A stretch of 64,000 nucleotides of DNA. It comes from an uncultured cyanobacterium (lineage in GTDB: Bacteria > Acidobacteriota > Vicinamibacteria > Vicinamibacterales > UBA2999). The DNA lies in assembly GCA_963833135.1 (NCBI GenBank), contig CAWHWW010000021.1, positions 96,907 to 160,906 of the forward strand. The letters are read 5' to 3'. Below are positions 1 to 11,579 of the stretch, piece after piece (positions within the stretch are counted from its first letter, which is position 1; every line of letters starts with the position of its first letter). The notes beneath the pieces are model-generated. The model saw nothing but the letters and a program-made list of their open reading frames with translations. It was not told the DNA's origin and made no database searches. The position numbers were made by a program, and so were the translations under genes.

Positions 1-805
1 CCGGCAGCCGGCAAGTCTTGGCGCCAAGCTGGTGACCGTGTTCGGCGAGAATCACAAGCGGGACCTGCCGTCGCACCTTGCGACGATCGTGCTGCTCGAT
101 CCGGAAACCGGCGCGCTACAGGCAATCATGGACGGCCGCTACATCACCGAGGCCCGCACCGCGGCGGTTTCGGCCGTGTCGACGCGCTTCCTGGCCAGGC
201 CCGACGCATCGACGCTCGCGATCATCGGCAGCGGCGTGCAGGCGCGCAGCCACCTCGAGGCGTATCATCTGGTCAGGCAGTTGAAGCAGGTGCGGATCTG
301 GTCGCCGAAGCAGCGCAGCCGCGAGCAGTTTGTCGAGGACATGAGCGCACACGTCGCTGCCCCGATCGTAGCCGCGGACACAGCCGAAGCCGCGGTGCGC
401 GGCGCTGACCTGATCGTGCTGGTGACCTCGTCACCGACGCCGGTGATCGAGGATGCCTGGGTGTCGAAAGGCGCGCACGTCGTGTGCGTCGGCGCGTGCC
501 GTCCGAACCAGCAGGAGATGCCGCCGGGGCTCGTTGCACGCAGCCGGCTGTACGTGGACTCGAAGGCGGCAGCCGTCGTCGAAGCCGGCGACATTGTCAT
601 GAACATCGCCGCGAAGCTCTTCGACGAATCGCACATTCGCGGCGAGATCGGCGAGCTCGTGCTCGGCCGCGTCGCGGGACGCGGATCGGCGGACGACATC
701 ACGGTATTCAAATCGCTGGGCATGGCGGTCGAGGATGTGGTCGCCGCCGATCTCGTCTTCCGACGTGCCTCGGAATCCGGAGCAGGAACGGAGCTGACGT
801 TATGA
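1..805 (+). CDS. ornithine cyclodeaminase / mu-crystallin family protein (5' end outside window)
   Basis: Track ORF 32..805; frame stays open to base 1. Has an NAD-binding-like 'TLAIIGSGVQARSHLEA' and the family-typical 'ITEARTAAVSAV'. Confidence 0.8.
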   Translation, partial: RQPASLGAKLVTVFGENHKRDLPSHLATIVLLDPETGALQAIMDGRYITEARTAAVSAVSTRFLARPDASTLAIIGSGVQARSHLEAYHLVRQLKQVRIWSPKQRSREQFVEDMSAHVAAPIVAADTAEAAVRGADLIVLVTSSPTPVIEDAWVSKGAHVVCVGACRPNQQEMPPGLVARSRLYVDSKAAAVVEAGDIVMNIAAKLFDESHIRGEIGELVLGRVAGRGSADDITVFKSLGMAVEDVVAADLVFRRASESGAGTELTL

Positions 806-1317
806 ACGGCGATACTCCTCAGCCAAAGAAACGAAACTGGATCGCGATCGTCCTCGGAGTCTTGTTGCTCTTCGGCATCCTCGGTGTCGGCTGCGTCGTC
901 ATCACCGTGTCGTGGTTCCGGCAGAACCTCGCCGTGACGGGCACCAGCGAAGAGGCCGCGATGCAGCAAATGGACGAGGTGCGGGGCCGCTTCCCTGGTC
1001 AGCAACCGCTGATTCAACTGGTCGACGGCGAACCGCAGCTTGTCACCGAGCGCGCCAGCCAGTCGTCGACGCAAACGTCGCTCAGCACGCTGCACGTGAT
1101 CGCGTTCGACAGCGACGAAGGCAACCTCGTGAACTTTTCGCTGCCGTTCTGGTTGCTGAGGTTGAAGTCGGGACCGATCCGCCTCAGCGCATACCAGCAG
1201 GGCTGGGACGATCGCGGCGTGTCGTTCCGGGTCGAGGACATCGAAAAGCACGGCCCCGGCATCATCGTCGACACCACGCGGCCGGGCGAAGGCCGCGTCA
1301 TCGTCTGGGCCGAATAG
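802..1317 (+). CDS. hypothetical N-terminally membrane-anchored protein
   Basis: ATG at 802 overlaps the upstream stop (ATGA) and is in frame with track ORF 484..1317. Single TM 'WIAIVLGVLLLFGILGVGCVVITV'. No family recognised. Confidence 0.55.
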   Translation: MNGDTPQPKKRNWIAIVLGVLLLFGILGVGCVVITVSWFRQNLAVTGTSEEAAMQQMDEVRGRFPGQQPLIQLVDGEPQLVTERASQSSTQTSLSTLHVIAFDSDEGNLVNFSLPFWLLRLKSGPIRLSAYQQGWDDRGVSFRVEDIEKHGPGIIVDTTRPGEGRVIVWAE

Positions 1318-1320
1318 AGT

Positions 1321-2544
1321 TCAAATATTGAGGAACCGGCGCATGCGCGCCAGGAAGGTGTGCCTGGCTTCCGGCGCAACGACGGCGGCTGCTGTCGCCT
1401 TGGCGTCTTCGAGACCAGTGCGGCGCGCACTCACTGTGGTGGAGACGTGTTCGAGCAGATCCGGATGCGACAGCGCCAGCTCGCGGAAATCTGTCGCGGC
1501 GATCTCCAGCACCATCACGTCATCCACAGCCTTGACCGTGGCGGTACGGCGATCGCCGGTCAGCATCGACATCTCGCCAAAGAAACCGCCGGCGGGGATG
1601 ACGGCGACTTCCTGCCCGGATGGTTCGAGCGTCACGCGCGCCCGGCCCTTGACGAGCACGAACATCGAGTCGCCTTCGGCATCCTGCCGCACGATCGCTT
1701 CGCCTGCGCAGAAGAGGTGATGCCCGGCGGCGTTGGCCAGCGCGTGGCGCGCCTCGGCGTCCAGGGTCTTGAACAAGCTGATTGATGACAGCTGGTCCGC
1801 GGCGGCGGCAACGTGGCGCTCGGTCTTGATCGGTTCTTCGGTGCGGTCGTACTGGATCTGGATCGGCCAGGGAATCTCGATGTTGCGGCGGCGGAAGGTG
1901 TACCAGATATTCGTCCGCACCTCGTCGCGCGCCTCACGCTCGATGCCGTAGTTGTCGACCCAGAAATACGCGGTGTAGTTCACGGCGGAATCGCCGAACC
2001 CGTGCACAAGCACCCTCGGCGGCGGCTCCTGCATCGCCAGCGGCGCGTTGGCAATCGCCTCGAGGATCGCCGCCTTCACTTCGTTGGGCGGCGTGAGATA
2101 GCTCGCGCCGACCTCGATGCTGAGGCAATTGGCGATCGTCGGTTCCGAATAATTCAGGACCGGCTCTTTCGAGATGACGCTGTTCGGCACCACCAGGAAC
2201 TCGCCATCCTTGGTGCGAAGCTTCGTGGCGCGCCAGGTGATCTGCTGCACCTCGCCCTCGCGGCCGCTGATCTGAATCCACTGGCCGACCCGGAAGGGCT
2301 TCTCGATCTGGATAGCGAGGCCGGCAAACAGGTTGCCGAGCGTGTCCTGCAGCGCGAAGCCCACCACGACGGCGCCCACAGCTGACGTCGTCAGCAACTG
2401 CTCGCGCAGCAGCACGGTGCCGATCACGGTGAAGAGGACGAGGACGATGAAATCCTGGACGATCGCGGGGAAGCGATCGGAGGGACGGTCGAGCCGCCAC
2501 GGATTGGCGATCAGCGTGACCGCCGCATTGACGATCGCGAGCAC
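1321..2544 (-). CDS. MscS-family mechanosensitive channel fused to a C-terminal cyclic-nucleotide-binding domain
   Basis: Intact track ORF. MscS core 'GFALQDTLGNLFAGLAIQIEKPFRVGQWIQI'; cNMP-binding 'GGFFGEMSMLTGDRRTATVKA'. One more in-frame TM helix is encoded at 2545-2672 but has no ATG/GTG/TTG. Confidence 0.85.
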   Translation of the reverse strand: MLAIVNAAVTLIANPWRLDRPSDRFPAIVQDFIVLVLFTVIGTVLLREQLLTTSAVGAVVVGFALQDTLGNLFAGLAIQIEKPFRVGQWIQISGREGEVQQITWRATKLRTKDGEFLVVPNSVISKEPVLNYSEPTIANCLSIEVGASYLTPPNEVKAAILEAIANAPLAMQEPPPRVLVHGFGDSAVNYTAYFWVDNYGIEREARDEVRTNIWYTFRRRNIEIPWPIQIQYDRTEEPIKTERHVAAAADQLSSISLFKTLDAEARHALANAAGHHLFCAGEAIVRQDAEGDSMFVLVKGRARVTLEPSGQEVAVIPAGGFFGEMSMLTGDRRTATVKAVDDVMVLEIAATDFRELALSHPDLLEHVSTTVSARRTGLEDAKATAAAVVAPEARHTFLARMRRFLNI

Positions 2545-2672
2545 GATCGTCAGGCGCGCAAGCGCCGACAGGAGCTGGACATCGCCCAGCCCCTGCCGCG
2601 CGGCGACCTCGAGAACTACGAAGCCGAGGATCAGCCACGCCGAAAACAGCAGCCGGCCACGGACGAAACGGC

Positions 2673-3862
2673 TTACGGGAGGCCTCCCTCTTTCTTGAAC
2701 GCCGCGATGTCAGCCGCGGCGATCTTCACGACGACCGGCGCCGGGTTCGGGCCGCCCTTCGAGTCCTTCTCGGGATCGACTCCGCGCGCGCCGCCGGACG
2801 CGGTCACCTGCGCCTGCTTCTTCTCGCCACCGCTTGTCGGCACCAACTTGCCTAACCCGAAGCGGCCCTTCTTCGGCTCCTCGGCTTTCTTTTCTTCCGG
2901 CTTCTTCTCTTCAGCCGTCCCGCCGCCGGTCAATCCCGCTGCGCCCGCTTCGACAGTCGCGATCTTCGTCGGGTCTACCGGCGTGAAGCTGATGTTCTTC
3001 GCATACCGCGGTTGCAGCGTGGCAGTCGCGGTCAGCTTCTGTGCCGCGATCTGCTTCGTGATCCGATCGAGGCGCTCCTGCATCTCGGGATGCGACGCAA
3101 AGAGGCCGCGCTTCTCCGTCGCGCCCTTGTTCCGATCCTTCAACGTCGTCAGGAATGCGACCAGGCCGTTCGGCGCATAGCCGGTCTTGTTGGCGAGCGC
3201 GACGCCCTTCTCGTCGCTCTCGTTCTCATCGGCGCGGCCGAAGCCGCGGTCGACGATGTTGTCGTAGGTGGCGGTGACGGCCTGCTGCATCAGCGCGGAG
3301 TTACCCGAAAGCGTTTCGGCCGCGCCCATCTGGACCGCCTTGCTCTTCTGGATCGCGCGAATGGTGTGCTTCTCGGTGATGTGAATGATCTCGTGTCCGA
3401 GCACGCCGGCCAGCTCCGCTTCGTTCTTGATGAGCGCGAGCGAGCCGCGTGGTGACGTGCACGTAGCCGCCGGGCGCGGCAAACGCGTTGACGCCGTCGG
3501 TGTCGAGGACGATGAACGTCCACGGCAGGTTCGGGCGCGTGCTGCCCTGCGCCATCGCGAGGCCGACCAGGCTGACGTAGCGGTGCACGCCGGCGTCCTG
3601 GACCACGCCGTAGCGCGTGCGAATCCTGGTCGCTGACCTCGCTTGCCGAGCTCCTGCTCCTCGGCATCGGTCATCTGCAGCTCACGAACGTCGTTCGCCT
3701 TCTTGGCGATCGCCATCCCCTTGCCGATGCCGCCCGGCAGCTGTTCGCGCCTTCGCCTTCGGCGACGGCGAGACTCGACCCCGCCGCCTTCGCGGCATGG
3801 GCCTCGGCCCCGAACGCACACAGTCCGGCAATCGCAATGACAACCCGCAGGTTACGCATCAT
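2673..3862 (-). CDS. secreted M48-family zinc metallopeptidase (frameshifted as sequenced)
   Basis: Three colinear pieces lie in different frames, with at least 3 frame changes: signal peptide 'MMRNLRVVIAIAGLCAFGAEA' (ORF 3671..3862), 'PWTFIVLDTDGVNAFAAPGGYVHVTT' (ORF 3301..3606), and HExxH 'GVLGHEIIHITEKH' (ORF 2673..3821). Confidence 0.8.
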
Positions 3863-5767
3863 GTTGGTTTGACCTCAAATATCGCGACGGGCCGACTCTT
3901 GCCCTTCACGACGACGTCGCCGAGGGGATGGATATCATAACGCCCTTTGAGCCCGGCGCGGGTCGCCTCGCTGATGATGATCCGCGTTCCGTAGTCCTTG
4001 TTCAAGCGACTCCAGCCGGGCGCCGAGATTCACGGCATCGCCAATCACGGTGTAGCTCATGATCGTCTCCGAGCCGACGTTGCCGGCGATCATGTCGCCG
4101 GTATTGATGCCGATGCCGATGTCGAGCTGCGGCTTGCCTTCGCGCGCCCACTCCGCGTTCATCTCGTTCAGCGTCCCGATCATCGCCAGCGCCGTCTGCA
4201 CCGCATGCTCGGCATGATCCTCGTCGTCGAGCGGCGCCCCGTAGAGCGCCATGATCATGTCGCCGACGAACTTATCGACCGTGCCGCGATGCTGGAACAC
4301 GACCGCGACCATTCGCGTGAACAGCTGATTCAGCTGGGCCACCACGTCTTCAGGCGTGCCCTTCTCCGACATCGTCGTGAAGCCGCGAATGTCGGAGAAC
4401 AGCACCGTCATGTGGCGCCGCGCGCCGCCGAGGGCGGCAAGCGACGGATTGGCGACGAGCTGCTCGTAGACGTCCTTCGAGACGTAGCGGGAGAACAGCT
4501 TCTTGATCTGCCGCTTCTCGCGCCCCTCGACGAAGTACTTCCAGGCGAGGTCGCCGACGAAGGCAAAGACGAGCGCCAGCGCGGGAACGGTGAGCGGAAT
4601 CCAGGAGCCGCGCGCGAAGATTGCCAGCGACTGCCAGACGAGGATCGCCGCGGCAACGAGCGCGACCACACCGGTGAGCCACGCATTCAGGAACGCACCG
4701 GCCACGCCGACGACCGCGACCGCGCCGATCACGAGGCCGAGCGTCGTCCATCCGGGCGCGCGCGCGATCGATCGATTCGACAGGAACGCATCGACGAGAT
4801 TGGCGTGCACTTCCGGGCCGTTGATCTCGCCCTGCGGGAACGGCGTGGTGAACTCCTCGTTCAATCCTTCGGCGGTGCCGCCGACGATGACGATGCGATC
4901 CTTGAAGAGCGCGGGATCGATGCCAGGCTTCTGCCCTTCCAGGATCTGCTGCTGCGAATAGAAGACGTCGTAGAACGAGTACGACGTGAAGGTCGGCTGG
5001 CCGTTGCTGTTCTCGGCCGGACCCCGCCACGGAATCATGATCGTGCAGTTGCCGGCTTCGTCGATGCCGCGCGTTCAGCGCCGGCATGGTATTCGCCGCA
5101 GTCGCGGTCGCGACCGAAAACGACCGGATCGCGCGATCGCCGACCTGCACGATTGGCGACGAGGCGACGCACGGCGCCGTTCGAGTCGATGGTGAATAAC
5201 GAGTGTCCGATGCCGCGTGACACGCCGGCGAGCGCCGGAAAGGGCGGCGTCACGCGCGGGCGGGGCTCGACACAGCCGTCAGCCGGCAATGCGCAGGTTG
5301 AGCGCAGGCGCATCGAGGTCCTCCTTCAGCGCCCGCGACGGATCGGCCAGTTCGGCGCTCGAGGTTTCGGCGATGTGCACGACGTTGCCGGCCTTCTTCG
5401 TGGACTCAACGAGCGCCGCGTCCGACTCATCCCCGGTCCACTCGGTGTCGGCGACCATGAACTTGCGCATGTCGCGTTCGGCGAACAGCACGTCGTAGCC
5501 GATGACCTTCGCGCCGGCGGCCGACAGGTAATCGATCACGGTTGCGTGAATCAGCCGCGGCCACGGCCATCGCCCGACCAGCGGCTCCATCCGGCGCACG
5601 CTCTCGTTGTCGATGGCGACGAGGACGATGTTGGCTGCCGGAGCGGACGGGCGCGCCGTCGCGGCGACGCGAAGGTCGTAGGTCTGCAGCTCGATGTTCT
5701 GAATGAAGTCGAGGAGCCCGAGGGCGCCGGCCAGGACGGCTGCGGCGAGGGGAATGGCTCTCTGCAT
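3859..5767 (-). CDS. CHASE2-sensor class III adenylate/guanylate cyclase (frameshifted as sequenced)
   Basis: CHASE2-like N-terminus in ORF 5279..5767. TM block and cyclase core 'VLFSDIRGFTTMSE..FVGDMIMALYGAP..GINTGDMIAGNVGS' in ORF 3935..5038. The C-terminus '..VVVKGKSRPVAIFEVKPT*', read by hand in another frame, ends at 3859, and its TGA overlaps the M48 ATG. Confidence 0.85.
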
Positions 5768-5773
5768 CAGCCC

Positions 5774-8700
5774 TCAGAAACTGAGGCGAACGCCGAGCTG
5801 CATCTCGCGCGGATTCTTCGCGCTGAAAATGCGTCCGAAGTTGGCCGTGCCGAAAATGCGGTTGGGCAGGTCAAAATTGGTTCGGTTGAACAAGTTGAAA
5901 ACCTCCCACCGCAACTCGAGATCGGAGACCCCGCCAATGCGCCAGATCTTGGCGAGCGCGAAATCGACGTTGGCAAAACCAGGTCCGCGAACGCTGTTTC
6001 GTGGTGCGCTCCCGAAAGAAAACGCCGCCGGCAAGGCGAACGCCGCGGGATCGAACCAGCGGTCAGGCGTGCGTTCGGCGCCAGAAAGATTTGGATCACG
6101 AAGCTGATCCGGCCGCTGTGCGGGCCCCGCGCCTACGTTGGCGCGATCGACGCCCAGATTCACGGTAAAGGGGGCGCCGCTCTGGGCGACCAGAATTGCG
6201 TTCACGCGCCAGCCCCCGAAGATCGATTCGATCACGCCGCCAACATCGCTGAGGAGCGGGAACTGGTAGGCGGCGCCGGCAACGAATTGATGCCGGTGAT
6301 CGAAACTCGACCGCGCCCATTCACCGGTCGTGTCAAAGATGTTGCGCACGTTCTGCGGCACGTTCGCTTCCGATTCCGTCGGTCCGGGGCTTGACGCATC
6401 GTCTGTGGATTGCGAGAGCGTGTAGCTGACATTGAAGGCGTGGTTGCCGCTGAACCTGCGCTCGGCTTTGAGCGTCAGGCCGTGATAGATGGACTTGCCG
6501 TCGAAGCGGATGGCGTTGATGCGGCTCAATTGCGGAATCGGGCGCCGCGGCTGAATCGCGCCGGGGCCCGGCTCGGGCACATTGTGGATGGTCGCGTTGT
6601 CAGCGCCGAGCGTCCAGGTGCCCATGTAGACCGCCTCGATCATCGTTGATGGGCGGAGTTGATACTGCAGACCGCCGCTCCAGGTCTGGCTGTATTCAAC
6701 GTTGTATTCGTAATCCATGATGCTGCCACCGATGGTGCCGGTGGCCTGGCTGGTGAGGATGTCGCGCGTTTGCAGCTCTGGCGCGCGCTGCCCGGCCGGC
6801 ACATCCACCTGCCTGGTGAAAAAGAACGGCAGGTTGCGAGCAAACGCCGTTTGCACGCTGTAGGCCCACTGGTTGAGGAAAATGCCGTAGCCGCCGCGAA
6901 TCACCGCACGTGCGTCGTCGAGAGTCAGGGCAAAGCCGAGCCGCGGCGCCAGGCGGACGTTGCTGGGATCCAGCAAACCCCGGCCCCACCCGGCGTCCTT
7001 CGAGGTGACATATGGAATGGGTATCAGCGGCAGAAGCGCCTGCGCCTCGGCATGCATCTCGCCGTCGTCATCACTCGCAATGACGAACCGCCCACCCGCT
7101 GTGGCCAGATCAATCGACGACAGACGGTTGCCCGCATCGTACATGTGCTGATTGAGTTCGTATCGCAGGCCGATGTTGAAGGTGAGATTGCTGCGTGCCT
7201 GCCAATCATCCTGCGCGTAGAGGTGCAGCCAGTTCGTGCGGCCATCTTCGTCGCCGCGGCCGACTCCAGACGTTGCCGAGGTCGGATAGCCAAGAAGGAA
7301 GTCGGCAAAAGCATTGCCGGTGAACTGACCCGTGAAGGCGAAATTGCCGCGTGCGTTATCAGGTTGCTCGGGCCGCAACTTCAGATGAAAGAAGTAGCCG
7401 CCAAACTTGAGGCGGTGCGCGCCGCGATCGACGGTCAGGTTCTCGTACAACTCGAAGTGGTGATTGTTCCTCGTCGTGAACACGGTGGGATCGCCCATGG
7501 TCGAATACAGACCGGCGGTGGAAATCTGCGGATAGCCGACGTCGCGAGGATCGGTCGTGACGCCGAGCAACCCAACCGCGGCGGCGAAGTCGATGCCGCG
7601 GTTCAGGCTCAACTGGCCGCCCGACACACCCATCCAACCGAATCGCAGTTCGTTCAATACCGAATTGCCGATCACTCGGGTGTGGCTGGCGACGAGATTC
7701 CTGGTGCGAGTGGTCAGCTGCCGTCCAAAGCCCGGGACCAGAGACTCTTGCAGCACTCCAGTGCCGTAAGGCTGTAACTCGTCGGCGTCAAAGGTGCTGA
7801 ATCGCGCCAACAGGTTGTCGTTCTGCGCGAGCCGATGATCGAGGCGAACGCTGAATTGATCGAGATTGCGCGTCGTCTCTTCGACTGCCGACAGGTTCTG
7901 GGACGCCGTGGCTGCGGTCGGCAGCGGCACCTGCTGCAGAAATGCCGACGCGATCGGATCGATACGGCCGGACGGAATCTGGTTGTTGGCAAACGGAGTG
8001 CAGGTTCCCGTTGAAGAAATCGTCGACGGATCGCAGATGGCGCCCACGGTCGAGAAATCTCCGAGGCGCATCGCCGCCGGAGGGACGGTGAACGTGCGGG
8101 TCACCGAGCGGCGGAGCCGAGTGCCTTCGTAACTGCCGAAGAAGAACGCGCGGCTCTGCACGATCGGGCCGCCAAGAGCGCCACCGAACTGGTTCTGGCG
8201 AAGCGGCGGCTTTGGCTGGCCAGCCGGGTGGAAATAGTTCGCGGCATCGAAGGCGTCGTTGCGATGAAACTCGAACCCGCTGCCGTGAAACTGGTTCGCG
8301 CCCGCTCTGGTCGACACGTTGATAAGCGCCGACGCTTTCCCGCCAAATTCAGCCGGATACATCGACTTCTGGATCCTGAACTCCTCGATTGAGTCGATGC
8401 GAAGGATTGATGACCAGGTTGTTGAATAGTTCATCGGTCACCTTCGCGCCGTCGAGCAGGTAGATGTTGTGGCCCGAGCGCTGGCCGCCGATATTCGGCA
8501 ACGGCCCTGCCTGCTGGAGCGCTTCACCACGCGTGCCGCCAGGAGGAATAACCACGGAATCGCTCAGCTGTGCGAGCGCGAGGAAGTTGCGTCCGTTCAG
8601 CGGCAGTTGGATCACCTCCCGGTTCTCGATCACGTCGCTGATCTCGGCGCTGCTGGTCTGCAGCATCGGCACGCGAACTTCGACCGTGACTTGCTCGGCC

Positions 8701-9028
8701 AGCCCTGCAATCTTCAACGTGAAGTCCAAGGCGAGGCTGCGGCCGATTTCCGACGGTGACGGTTTGATTCTGCCGTGGTGAAACCGGCGAGGGCCACGGT
8801 GATCTCCCATTGACCGATACGAAGCGCAGGCAGGAAGAATCGTCCCTCGCCATCGGTCATGCGGCTGACAGTGATTCCACTCGCGGGATGATGTGCGGTC
8901 ACGCTGGCGCCGGGCAACACGCCGCCTGAGGCGTCTCGAACCACGCCGCCGATTTCGGCGGTATTGGTCTGGGCGCCTGCGCTGGAAGCCATGACGCCGA
9001 GCCAGACGGTGAGACAGAGCGTTCGCAT
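5774..9028 (-). CDS. TonB-dependent receptor with N-terminal carboxypeptidase-regulatory-like domain (frameshifted)
   Basis: Colinear pieces in three frames: ORF 8714..9028 (signal peptide plus CarboxypepD_reg-like domain), ORF 8349..8810 (plug), and ORF 5774..8434 (barrel ending '..GVRLSF'). Confidence 0.85.
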
Positions 9029-9060
9029 CGTTACAAGACTGCTCGATTCACGGCGCCGTC

Positions 9061-11313
9061 TTGCGAAATATACCCAAACTCCGCTCGCTGCTGAAATCGA
9101 CGTCCCAAGTAGATGTGATAAGTTTCGGCGACCCCGCAGCGTCTATTGGGGCGACACCGGGAGGAAACAGCACGGAACTCATCGATGCTCGCGAACAGTT
9201 GCTGAATCGCGAACTCGCGGCCCGGACAGACGCCAGACCACAGGGACGCTCCGCCGGGGCATTGCTTCGCACGGTGGGCTACGTCCTCGCGAGCACCGTC
9301 TGCTATTACGTCGCGACGCAGATCGCCTGGACGCTGACGTTTCCCGACAGCAAAGTCTCGCTGTTTTTCCCGCCGCACGCGATTCTGCTTTGCGTGCTGC
9401 TGATCGTCCCGACCCGGCACTGGTGGGCCTACGTGCTCGCTGCCGTCAGCGCTCATTGGCTGGCAACGCAGCAGGCGGGCTGGCCGCCGCTCTACGCATT
9501 GACCTGCGAGGCGTTCGACGCTTTGAAGTGCGTCTCGGCAGCGGCGGGAATTCGCTTTCTGATCAAGTCGCCGCTCAAGGCGATCACGCTTCGTGACGCG
9601 ATTCTCTTCGTCCTCATCACAGTGGTGCTCGTTCCATTCGGGACCGCCTTCTGGGGTGCTTCCTTTACGGTCTCCTGGGGTTTCAGCACTCGCTATTGGG
9701 TCGAATGGCGCAACCTGGGAGTCTCGAATGCGGTAACGGCCGTCGTCCTGGTGCCGGCACTTCTGCTGGGTGCGCACTATCTGTTCGTCAGACGCTCGAG
9801 GCCCCTGGCCACCCGGCGCGTGCTGGAAGCGGCTCTCCTCGGGGCGTGCACGGTGGCGCTGGGAATCTTCGTATTCGATACAACGCCCGCGGGTCCCAAC
9901 ACTTCGCCGGCTCTCTTATATGCGCCGATTCCCCTGCTCATCTGGGCGGCGCTCCGCTTCGGCCTTGGTGGAATCAGCGTCTCGATGCTGATCATTACGT
10001 TCCTGGCGATCTGGGGAACGATGCGCGGGCACGGCCCGTTCCTGACTCAAACCCCCGCCGAGAATGCGCTGGCACTACAGCTATTCCTCCTGGTGACCGC
10101 CACACCGCTGATGCTGCTCGCGGTTGTCATCGAAGAGGAACGACAGTCGAAAGAAGCGCTGCGCGAGAACGCGAACCTGATGGGTCTCGCCGCGGATGCA
10201 GGAAACCTGGCGATGTGGGTATGGGATGTTTCCGGCAACGATGTGTGGATGACCGAGCAGGGGCGCTTGCTGTTTGGCCTGAAGCCGGACGCGCGCCTCG
10301 ATCTGGTGGCAATTCTCGATCGCGTGCACCCAGAGGATCGCGCCGCGCGCGAAAGCGCGATCAAACAGGCGCTCCAGACGCGAGGCGAATACGAAATGGA
10401 GTATCGCCTGCAGCAAGCAGACGGCACGGCCCGCTGGATTCAGGGTCGCGGTCGTTGTGTCGTGCCTGACGACGGCACTGGCCCGAAGCTCTTCGGCGTG
10501 TCGATGGACGTCACGGCTCGCAAACAGGCGGAGGCGACAGCCGCGCAAAGGCGGGCGGAACTCGAGCACGTCTCACGCGTGGCCACACTCGGCGAGCTCA
10601 CCGCAACCCTGACGCACGAATTGAAGCAGCCGCTCGCCGTGATCCACATGAACTCCTACGTCGGCGTGCGGTTGCTCGACGCGCCAGAGCCCGATCTCCA
10701 GCAGGTGCGCAGCACGCTGGCCGAGATCTGCGAGGTCACCGAGAACGCCGGCGAAGTCCTTGGCGGGCTGCGCGCCATGCTCAAGCGCGACAGCGCGGGC
10801 CTGGCCAATGTCGATGTGAACGGCGTGATCCGCGCCGTCGAGCGCATCGTGCACGGAGATGCGAATCAGCACCAGGTCACGGTCCACCTCGACCTGCCGC
10901 CCGACCTTCGTCCGGTCAAGGGTGACAACGTCCAGCTTCAGCAGGTCATCTTGAACCTGGTGCTCAACGCGTTCAGCGCGATGGGCGGAACGGGATTCGA
11001 CGGCGCGCGTCGTCTGGTCGTGCGCACGAGCTCGATCGATGAATCGAACGTGCTGGTCGAAGTGCAGGACAGCGGCACTGGAATCGCCGCGGAAAAGCTC
11101 GAGTCGATTTTCGATCCCTTCGTCACCAGCAAGCCGGAAGGACTGGGAATGGGCCTGTCGATCTGTCGCTCCATCATCGAACGCCACGGCGGTACGATCT
11201 CGGCCGCGAACAATCCCGACCGCGGCGCGAAGTTCTCGATCACGCTGCCGGTCAGCCGCAGTGACGGTGGCGCAGGGATGACGCTTCACCGCGCTCTGAC
11301 AGACCGCTGGTGA
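9061..11313 (+). CDS. MASE1-PAS-HisKA-HATPase sensor histidine kinase
   Basis: Intact ORF. Polytopic MASE1-like N-terminus; PAS 'VHPEDRAARESAIKQAL..RWIQGRG'; H-box 'LTHELKQPLA'; ATPase 'DSGTGI..GLGMGLSICRSIIERHGG'. Exact start codon uncertain. Confidence 0.85.
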   Translation: MRNIPKLRSLLKSTSQVDVISFGDPAASIGATPGGNSTELIDAREQLLNRELAARTDARPQGRSAGALLRTVGYVLASTVCYYVATQIAWTLTFPDSKVSLFFPPHAILLCVLLIVPTRHWWAYVLAAVSAHWLATQQAGWPPLYALTCEAFDALKCVSAAAGIRFLIKSPLKAITLRDAILFVLITVVLVPFGTAFWGASFTVSWGFSTRYWVEWRNLGVSNAVTAVVLVPALLLGAHYLFVRRSRPLATRRVLEAALLGACTVALGIFVFDTTPAGPNTSPALLYAPIPLLIWAALRFGLGGISVSMLIITFLAIWGTMRGHGPFLTQTPAENALALQLFLLVTATPLMLLAVVIEEERQSKEALRENANLMGLAADAGNLAMWVWDVSGNDVWMTEQGRLLFGLKPDARLDLVAILDRVHPEDRAARESAIKQALQTRGEYEMEYRLQQADGTARWIQGRGRCVVPDDGTGPKLFGVSMDVTARKQAEATAAQRRAELEHVSRVATLGELTATLTHELKQPLAVIHMNSYVGVRLLDAPEPDLQQVRSTLAEICEVTENAGEVLGGLRAMLKRDSAGLANVDVNGVIRAVERIVHGDANQHQVTVHLDLPPDLRPVKGDNVQLQQVILNLVLNAFSAMGGTGFDGARRLVVRTSSIDESNVLVEVQDSGTGIAAEKLESIFDPFVTSKPEGLGMGLSICRSIIERHGGTISAANNPDRGAKFSITLPVSRSDGGAGMTLHRALTDRW

Positions 11314-11434
11314 TGGCTGCGGCGGTGGTGCTCGGTCTCGGTCGGAAGGGTTGGCTACGTAGGAGGCGACTCGCTCTCATCGCGCCTGCAATGTGGACGC
11401 GGCGTCTGGAAATGACGACGTATTTCGTCTCTTC

Positions 11435-11579
11435 CTCACTCCATCCGTCATCAATAAGCTCCTTGATGCGTGTTGCAATCGCCGCGCGATACTCAGCATG
11501 GGGACATCAGAGCCCTTGATGCTCACTCCACCGTCATCAAGAAGCTCCTTGATGCGTGTTGCAATCGCCGCGGATACTC
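11435..11579. repeat. tandem duplication of a ~60-nt unit (period 87 nt)
   Basis: 11435-11494 and 11522-11579 are identical except for one substitution and two 1-nt indels. Shared core: 'aagctccttgatgcgtgttgcaatcgccgcg'. Confidence 0.85.

Noticed and set aside
3998-6394. 798-aa plus-strand ORF, the longest uninterrupted ORF in this part of the window.
   Set aside because: It is antisense to the CHASE2 cyclase and TonB receptor. Its Arg/Ala/Gly/Asp-rich composition shows no family-like motifs. It is a typical shadow ORF of a GC-rich genome.
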